Below are positions 36,501 through 39,961 of a stretch of DNA of 39,961 bases, piece by piece. Below the pieces are notes generated by a model, which had not been told where the DNA came from, ran no database searches, and saw only the letters and a program-made list of their open reading frames with translations. Made by a program: the position numbers and the translations under genes. The DNA is from a bacterium (lineage in GTDB: Bacteria; Muiribacteriota; UBA6191), in contig JAYZAC010000143.1 of assembly GCA_036339875.1 (NCBI GenBank), forward strand, positions 1 to 39,961. Direction: 5' to 3'. Numbering within the stretch: the stretch's first letter is position 1; every line of letters begins with the position of its first letter.

Positions 36501-39500
36501 ATTTTCAGAAACCATAGACAATTTACCGAGTACGTTTAGTGACTCTTTTAGAGTTCAAAATATGGTCATTGGTAGTAACCCTTTAATCACTCAAGATGCT
36601 AACAAGGTAGTCATTGAATTGGGTACAAATGCTAGCATAATAGCCGCTTTTGCACCCACAATTGAGGCTATTGATAATGTAAGAGATGTTCAAGGAAATC
36701 TTATTAATCCTAAAGCTAACAAGTTGAGTTTGCAAAATAATGACGATCTTGGGCCTAAGTTGACTAAGTTAGAATACGATAAAAGATCTACGGTTTCTGG
36801 GACATATAATGAAGGCGATCGAATTTTCATAACATTTAGTGAGCCCTTGAATACTTCAAGCGTCAGTTCAAATAATTTATCGGGTCAGCTAGATCGTGAG
36901 CTGGGATTAGGTAGTTTAGTAACATTTGGTTCGGATGCAACGGTAGAGTGGTTAGAGTCGGACCATGTATTAGTTATAACATTAGGATCTAATACAAATG
37001 GTTTGAATTCGAGTACGATCCTATTACCTTCAGAAAATATTCTTGATAAATTAGGTAATGCTTATGGAAGTAATCGTAATGTTGCTGATTTTGGAATTTC
37101 ATTACCACTCAATGACACGGTAGCGCCTACAGTGGAATTCAGCTTCTATAAAGATAATGTGGAGCTAAATTCTGATTCTCTCGAATTTATAGGTCCCGGT
37201 GTTATAGAGATCAGAGCCGCTTTTAGTGATACGCAGTCAAGTATTCCTGAAATACTTATTTCAAATGGTAATCTTACAATATCAAGCGGAGCTATGACAT
37301 TGCTCGCCGGAGATGCTACTGGCAAAATTTACTTTTTCAATCACACCGTTATGTTAGAGGATGGACAGTCATCGATTGATGGTCTTCATACTGTGACTGT
37401 GACTGGTGACTCAGATCCAGTTTCTGGAAGTAGTATAATTATCAAAGAGCCTCGTGATTTCACCGTCGATACAAAAGCTCCGGCAGTCACATTAAATTCC
37501 TTTGGACAACTAGAAAATATTTCAGGACAGGATAAAAGAATTACAGAGATAGATAATATTTCTATAGATGGGTCGGCAAATGAAGATTTAATAAGCTTTC
37601 AGGCTCAAATTATCTCTCCAATTGGTGGAGTTTCTATTTTTGGATCGCTCCAATCGGGTTCTAATCAAAATTTTGAATTTCAACTAATTAATCTACAACC
37701 TGGGGATAACATATTTCGCATCATCGTTCAGGATCGAGCAGGAAACCAATCGTTACTTCAAAGCCAGATTTACTATAAGAGTGATGGCCTAGATGTAATA
37801 GTTCAAGATCCTTTAGATCGTGATGGAGACGGTATAATTAATTTTGAAGATGCTTTTCCTGATGATCCTACCGAGCAGTATGATACTGACGGTGATGGTA
37901 TTGGTGATCGAGCTGATACGGACGACGATGGCGATGGATTGCTTGATACTGATGAGTTGGAAACGATTATCAATTCCGAGACAATAGACTTGTCCTTAGA
38001 TTCAGACAATGATGGTATCCCTAATTTCTTCGATTCGGATGATGACGCCGATGGTATTGAAGATAAGGATGAATTAGGTTACCAAAGTGAATTCAGGGTA
38101 ACAGGTCAAGTTTTGGATAGTGACAATGATAATTTGCCAAATCCTACCGATGCTGATGATGACAATGATGGTTTAACTGATATTCAAGAACGATCTATAG
38201 GAACAAGTGTTTTCAATGTAGATACTGACGGTGATGGACTTATGGATGGGCAGGATTCAGCTCCATTAGATCCATTTCTTCCAGATGCTACGATTCCTGG
38301 AGGAGTTCCGGTAGCGTGTCAAAATCAATACCCACAAGGCTCAATTGATTATGATCAAGATGGGATCTTAAATGCTCAAGATCTTTTTCCATACGATCAT
38401 GATAATGACGGAATACCCGACCATTTGGATTGTGATGATGATAGTGATCTCATTGACGATGGCTTAGATGAAATTTTAGTAGTTTCTTTAACAGACTATG
38501 ACGGTGATGGTTTATTAAACAATGAGGATGATTTTCCCTGTGATGTCGAAAACGATGGAATTTCTGAACAAGTTTTTTCTGGTGGGGTAATTCGTTTTGG
38601 ATTAAATTTTGATCGAGATAATGATTGTATTCCAGATAGTGAAGACTCTGATAAGGATGGCGATAAAATTCCAGATGAGCTTGAAAAATTAATAGATGAT
38701 AATCAGGATGTGCAACTGGAGGCTGCAATTCCTAAAGATAATCAAGGTAACCTTATCTTTAAGTTAGGTAGCCAAGGATTACAGGAAGAAGTCGTTTACG
38801 ATACCGCACAACTATCGGACGATTATAAGCTGTTGGAATCTTTAAGATTACCACCAGATGAGGATTATCTGGATGTAATACCAGTGATACAGGTGAAAAA
38901 TGAAGCCCAGACAACCCTAGCTAACAATATGCCTACTGGATTTGAAGCTTTAGGGAAAGTTATTTCGATAAAAGGGAAGCTGAAGCCCAATGGCTCTGTT
39001 AGATTTCCGTTTCCGTTACCAGCTTTTCTGAAATTTGATAATACGTTGACTACTTCAGATCTTAGGCTTGAATTTTACGAGCAGGATTCTAATAATCCAA
39101 TTATCGGTACTTGGCGTCAAAGTGGAACTGGATTTAGTTTAACTCCTGGAACAGGGGTTTTGTATGCTGATGTAACACATTTTTCTGACTGGAGAGTGTT
39201 AAGAAATACTGGTAATGTTTTTTCAAATAATGGAGGCGGTCAATTGGCAACTACAACTGGTGGCGGAGGCGGAGGAGGATGTTATATCGTTACTGCGTCT
39301 AGTGGTTCTACTAGTCATTGGATGGTAAAAGTTTTTAGTATCTTTCGTGATAAGTTTTTAATAGATAATTCATTGGGCGAATGGTTTATCAATCAGTACT
39401 ATGTTTTTTCACCAACTATTGCAGCTATAATCAAGTCCAATGTGGTTTTTCAGTGGATTAGTTTCCTATTTCTATTGCCGATAGCTTTACTAACGAGTGG

Positions 39501-39576
39501 TTTGATTTTTTGGACGAATTGGCTTCTTTTAATATTACTGATATTTAGTGTGCTAATGTTAAGGCGCATTAGGTAA
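27580..39576 (+). CDS. Giant (~4,000 aa) cell-surface / adhesin-like protein with CFI-box-CTERM-type anchor
   Basis: Signal peptide MRILFLAFLVFVFSTVVGA at ATG 27580 (ORF open from 27514); LTD-like start; about 12 NDxP-delimited cadherin/Ig-like repeats; DxDxDG TSP3-like repeats; GGGGGGGCYIVTA..FRD..YY..SP, TM helices and basic tail. Confidence 0.85.
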   Translation: MRILFLAFLVFVFSTVVGAADLPSMNTQSEWHYKVIISEVIMDDDGKYAALPAQGFEGGKWKHSAEVDLTLELLNISGSDIDIEGWTIWYVTEPYDFSGDSTLQATGTTDINVVPPENYDLCGIKSNSTHGDNVQSNTLNVQSGSIIISANQELVIYENPKNVGLTTGLLIFPPEINRETFLAKGNTLALGSSPTKHEYPDAGETYSSTIGQVDYDRLFLGYLNNYQGRSNESDALEGDMEGYITGAVGCSASDPHCRFAQPYQGQEPGYGVPRTCFGNKFTNDAHYTTDGYYASSPAVQTLSDTLKPVDGHRFTIVLTDDQNKVVDVFSVAQDSSDINAQNDLTIEGFDFSAAGPGFPATSALAVANVDLSSYSWTKTNLAPASSRNSYVITVASEGSYGSIGGTTGTTGNPKWSLDDSSSFVKVLRADPGLGDPPGANIGDPESTFRLEAKLNAGLGVDILRVGFKIFKIDNPDLLLPSATNFLGMDFNSSTGKYQATFVPFSESLGNESPVTSTAYGVIIEAQDEDGTKRETLNSGATIFTIDPAGPVQQFFSTSPNINNGVVSSLELNSLLTLSVSAIDLGTSVISDVYVEPVQSSGAALGITYPFQSTDGINYTTDFVVSGDLTPDTTYHLKITSVDSFGHESEVSYASYEFKLVEAPYLNPNPYVVSVVKSETLTIADLRTNGITVIPVGMPGSLDDVNYEFVSLSSELDSCSLVPFPSVSGVAQKLEIIAGSTPGTGYCTISLELGGVENSQIVKVNILETPDTVLSALKVAPATDPLFPGVLTEKGRVSFTDFVEFEATLSDVDGLVGGSVVMHLVVTDPNQTQSQGGVLPSVPVTVYKLFMYDDGSDVRDLPTAAFGSRYLPNTTYVYNDADALEVEGQITPDAGGQKFPVSDPGMPNFKLFKADIGSPNNDIFHITLKPYDLAFSTDYRIDLEVTDSISNVTYLPDAGNVNIWAGPGWIHPAEAETDFSGTETDTQQTVNFRLFDYECNAPTHVYGHSCGSKGTPPNASLSSVGHDSLVWEVDSWDTQFYLSVDTNAGQISQDGFDAIVLPHRCGTGQIVMRVTDSLGYSATTDAFSLNLNCVNDPPTYSAEYQSGDPSVILIDEDRAAQRISLTSIGFEVTTGYSETDNTLLTWISHDSSPSVDASNLISWNIDGSDLVITPQPDFSHTTGTFDSLVLCVSDAAGAKATGGTLPHPDGTANACVVVRFQIIAMDDPPVITVDGQIPATPIPSTIYSFEDQVLTTTVGFYDSDGLSGLTTWNASYISGPASLINTITFSRQSTLGTNAELWNMLITPNANQFGDVIYDISVFTGPSSSDTQRVTFSVAEVNDAPYFSASPCSPTTIVTDEGFAQKIISLSEASINDTSDTDHGVVEDYAWSLARVDYDGAYYDQTSDPTRPQVKRVSGSFTPSISEANALAVVNNLNNHSIFEIQVTTAGSLILNSFDYASVTSAMIHINVTDRGGLANSLTAQGQCGLVINDISDSPQIDSAILTENRELQEDVVFQFPLGAFELDPFNPKTSDEEYDANLQWSVRLAEPTTMFSIDVQYPTSFRAYLQNRNVVEGLNDRIALGSVNPDISTTSTGPDSIADTDDTPNMLNAIDDLLYISTAPDVHGTFALELSLQHVGPSSGATPATTILTFSILSVNDPPQITILDSFDPSVEVTSDMITMPVSESIRRIDLVSWENDARDFVYPTTDGNPNGSKIYWDHTEFASDDESVITLGCPGSPTKLGDPDLQTDDILCLNRGPGVTGFEFKATNLRLYLLDQDVPVASERVIRVEVLGENQHPTIAGLDKIFISEDDPNFSEELSQYAFDAEEALVDEDGPGGNVDNIPLMQWYFLPENLGLKFSENALTSTTVSTSTTLGVFSIENKSQLSVIPLTNATGEIQKFMAVCDLGNGWQSREKLCTSTVVTFVLNDVNDLPLAPGLPSMISTQEGSCMSLDLTSYEVDYDNDALSWTIKSDIINPISFNDTIFTTPEIEVISGGILSARPGGQETSCDPISVGSASLRAYGSLSLTLALSDGNVSVDFPMIVSWIPNWTTPVIDLAATPFNGSSSWAIDEDSTSGDINVTFSLERPQFLIDHDWDGQPAGFGETVGDFTWSLIKDEIVTQTYSTTGFSINILTNTGPLGEDYLQFLPEANFNTSGVTITLKVTDSQGLEDYETITLVVNPINDTPVFTNFPDLSCNLPGVPDAIAQKQIYCLLEDGSISPVDLTVVASDVYDIPPDSLEWYFTNAPIGENFEEGGAYSCISGSNTIDTTNFTAVVDNLNELLTVTGKLNRFTESTSAAETVTLCVSDGQKFSTTTLPIYIKPVNDDPVILEPVDNTMVVVSEDTIKQIDLLGNDENDFRDTFESSHLAWEASKVDLGDPSFTLLPNENGTSLSITPDPNYNSTQVMNWTLTLKEIDTNPPRSTSINLMISATPVNDAPTISINNPNSNADFISIEDTSDEFLLSDYYFVRDEEGLSAATHSWSFEAGGNVIQKTFLTAAGKSVDLEIIDPTDINGSSVLRSTTTEAETTGTLQGLELYILDSAGPSVLMTNVTVVYQFLSQNDPPAIQAQIPAGGLQLIKNSSTALEIDISSWKIDADTPQNQLCFDVASYDSLMIFPSFPQGYGPPIQNQDNCINDKLLLFPVLNAEGPTSFQLFLFDTVDLNSTSEVIQVNIVSSQPKFVMDYLSLEALTFTSDIRKEIDLTQLLIDDQPVSTQVLGSLSDNPVAGGFYIDKSNLDDLALVDISSGVLRINPDYEILNEGSSDFTIYYKDSSGNLAHATATVTKNHAFLKATHFDDVNGDGIYGKGDRIQLQFSNSSGGIVGVTSTTPITGSTIALPITTANLTQAIKGLHGGSENSQAFGSSIKKIELLDSNFGSTQAGGSHFLEITLNEGFDPTLSEIFASHTPQPPTTLALVYSSGLVGYDSSVTLDKTTDAVAPRLEAAYLIDVDGDGLSQFDSDDRIELLFSETIDNLPSTFSDSFRVQNMVIGSNPLITQDANKVVIELGTNASIIAAFAPTIEAIDNVRDVQGNLINPKANKLSLQNNDDLGPKLTKLEYDKRSTVSGTYNEGDRIFITFSEPLNTSSVSSNNLSGQLDRELGLGSLVTFGSDATVEWLESDHVLVITLGSNTNGLNSSTILLPSENILDKLGNAYGSNRNVADFGISLPLNDTVAPTVEFSFYKDNVELNSDSLEFIGPGVIEIRAAFSDTQSSIPEILISNGNLTISSGAMTLLAGDATGKIYFFNHTVMLEDGQSSIDGLHTVTVTGDSDPVSGSSIIIKEPRDFTVDTKAPAVTLNSFGQLENISGQDKRITEIDNISIDGSANEDLISFQAQIISPIGGVSIFGSLQSGSNQNFEFQLINLQPGDNIFRIIVQDRAGNQSLLQSQIYYKSDGLDVIVQDPLDRDGDGIINFEDAFPDDPTEQYDTDGDGIGDRADTDDDGDGLLDTDELETIINSETIDLSLDSDNDGIPNFFDSDDDADGIEDKDELGYQSEFRVTGQVLDSDNDNLPNPTDADDDNDGLTDIQERSIGTSVFNVDTDGDGLMDGQDSAPLDPFLPDATIPGGVPVACQNQYPQGSIDYDQDGILNAQDLFPYDHDNDGIPDHLDCDDDSDLIDDGLDEILVVSLTDYDGDGLLNNEDDFPCDVENDGISEQVFSGGVIRFGLNFDRDNDCIPDSEDSDKDGDKIPDELEKLIDDNQDVQLEAAIPKDNQGNLIFKLGSQGLQEEVVYDTAQLSDDYKLLESLRLPPDEDYLDVIPVIQVKNEAQTTLANNMPTGFEALGKVISIKGKLKPNGSVRFPFPLPAFLKFDNTLTTSDLRLEFYEQDSNNPIIGTWRQSGTGFSLTPGTGVLYADVTHFSDWRVLRNTGNVFSNNGGGQLATTTGGGGGGGCYIVTASSGSTSHWMVKVFSIFRDKFLIDNSLGEWFINQYYVFSPTIAAIIKSNVVFQWISFLFLLPIALLTSGLIFWTNWLLLILLIFSVLMLRRIR

Positions 39577-39652
39577 AGTAATTACCATAGCTTGCTTACA
39601 AAAAGTACATTAAATCCTCACTTGTTGTATTCATTATTAATTAATAAAACTC

Positions 39653-39680
39653 TTGTCTTCCTTGTGAGATGTGCTATTAT
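39653..39680 (+). promoter_or_regulatory. Sigma70-type promoter of the tRNA operon
   Basis: TTGTCT, 16 bp, TATTAT with extended -10 TG; 14 nt before tRNA-Val. Confidence 0.55.
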
Positions 39681-39694
39681 CAAGACTCCATTTG

Positions 39695-39768
39695 GGGCGT
39701 TTAGCTCAGTTGGCTAGAGCACCTGCCTTACAAGCAGGGGGTCAGAGGTTCGAGTCCTCTAACGCCCA
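39695..39768 (+). tRNA. tRNA-Val(TAC)
   Basis: Acceptor GGGCGTT/AACGCCC, anticodon arm CCTGC-CTTACAA-GCAGG, T-loop TTCGAGT; CCA not encoded. Confidence 0.97.
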
Positions 39769-39784
39769 TGTGAAATGGAAAAAG

Positions 39785-39858
39785 GGGCGTGTAGCTCAGT
39801 TGGTTAGAGTGCCTGCCTGTCACGCAGGAGGCCGCGAGTTCGAGTCTCGTCACGCCCG
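39785..39858 (+). tRNA. tRNA-Asp(GTC)
   Basis: Acceptor GGGCGTG/CACGCCC, anticodon arm CCTGC-CTGTCAC-GCAGG, G73 discriminator; CCA not encoded. Confidence 0.97.
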
Positions 39859-39873
39859 TCTTTTTTTGCCCGA

Positions 39874-39946
39874 GGGTAGATAGCTCAGTCGGTAGAGCAG
39901 TAGACTGAAAATCTACGTGTCGGGGGTTCAATTCCCTCTCTACCCA
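39874..39946 (+). tRNA. tRNA-Phe(GAA)
   Basis: Acceptor GGGTAGA/TCTACCC, anticodon arm GTAGA-CTGAAAA-TCTAC, T-loop TTCAATT; CCA not encoded. Confidence 0.97.
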
Positions 39947-39961
39947 CGTGGCCTTTTTTCT

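Noticed and set aside
37810..38680. Recurring GATGGT/GACGGT words as a DNA repeat array or CRISPR
   Set aside because: They encode DxDxDG protein repeats with synonymous variation; there is no fixed repeat-spacer period.
39695..39858. tRNA-Val and tRNA-Asp similarity as recent duplication or anticodon switch; missing CCA ends
   Set aside because: About 56 of 74 positions match by hand count, largely universal positions, and each has the proper discriminator. Non-encoded CCA is common in bacteria.
39671..39931. ORFs 39671-39883 (+) and 39728-39931 (-)
   Set aside because: They overlap three clear tRNA genes.
27514..39946. Giant gene as a tRNA-anchored genomic island
   Set aside because: No integrase, no duplicated tRNA 3' end seen, the gene lies upstream of the tRNAs, and no obvious compositional break by eye.

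Overview
AT-rich chromosomal window from a diderm bacterium (LptD-like protein, outer-membrane barrel, futalosine-pathway MqnA). I saw no mobile element, CRISPR array or rRNA. Left end: the tail of a bacterial microcompartment (BMC) locus (3' end of an EutE/PduP-type aldehyde dehydrogenase, an RpiB with Asp in place of the catalytic Cys, an EutN/CcmL pentamer), then a Nudix and an MBL-fold hydrolase and two tandem STAS proteins. Middle: housekeeping genes outside their usual operons (secG, mqnA, dnaN, ffs/SRP RNA, lptD, fliG, infA, tilS), a GT2 / B12-radical SAM / hybrid kinase operon and a FecR-Ig plus beta-barrel pair. The most striking signal is two unrelated enzymes, a PilT-family ATPase and an adenine phosphoribosyltransferase, each fused to the same ~93-aa three-HEAT super-repeat with a fixed 35-residue aromatic-to-Trp spacing. 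A third, stand-alone HEAT protein lies nearby. Right end: a ~4,000-aa surface protein (LTD-like start, cadherin/Ig-like repeats, TSP3-like repeats, a candidate HFS autoproteolysis site, CFI-box-type anchor) and a tRNA-Val/Asp/Phe cluster. All calls come from reading motifs by eye; no searches were run.
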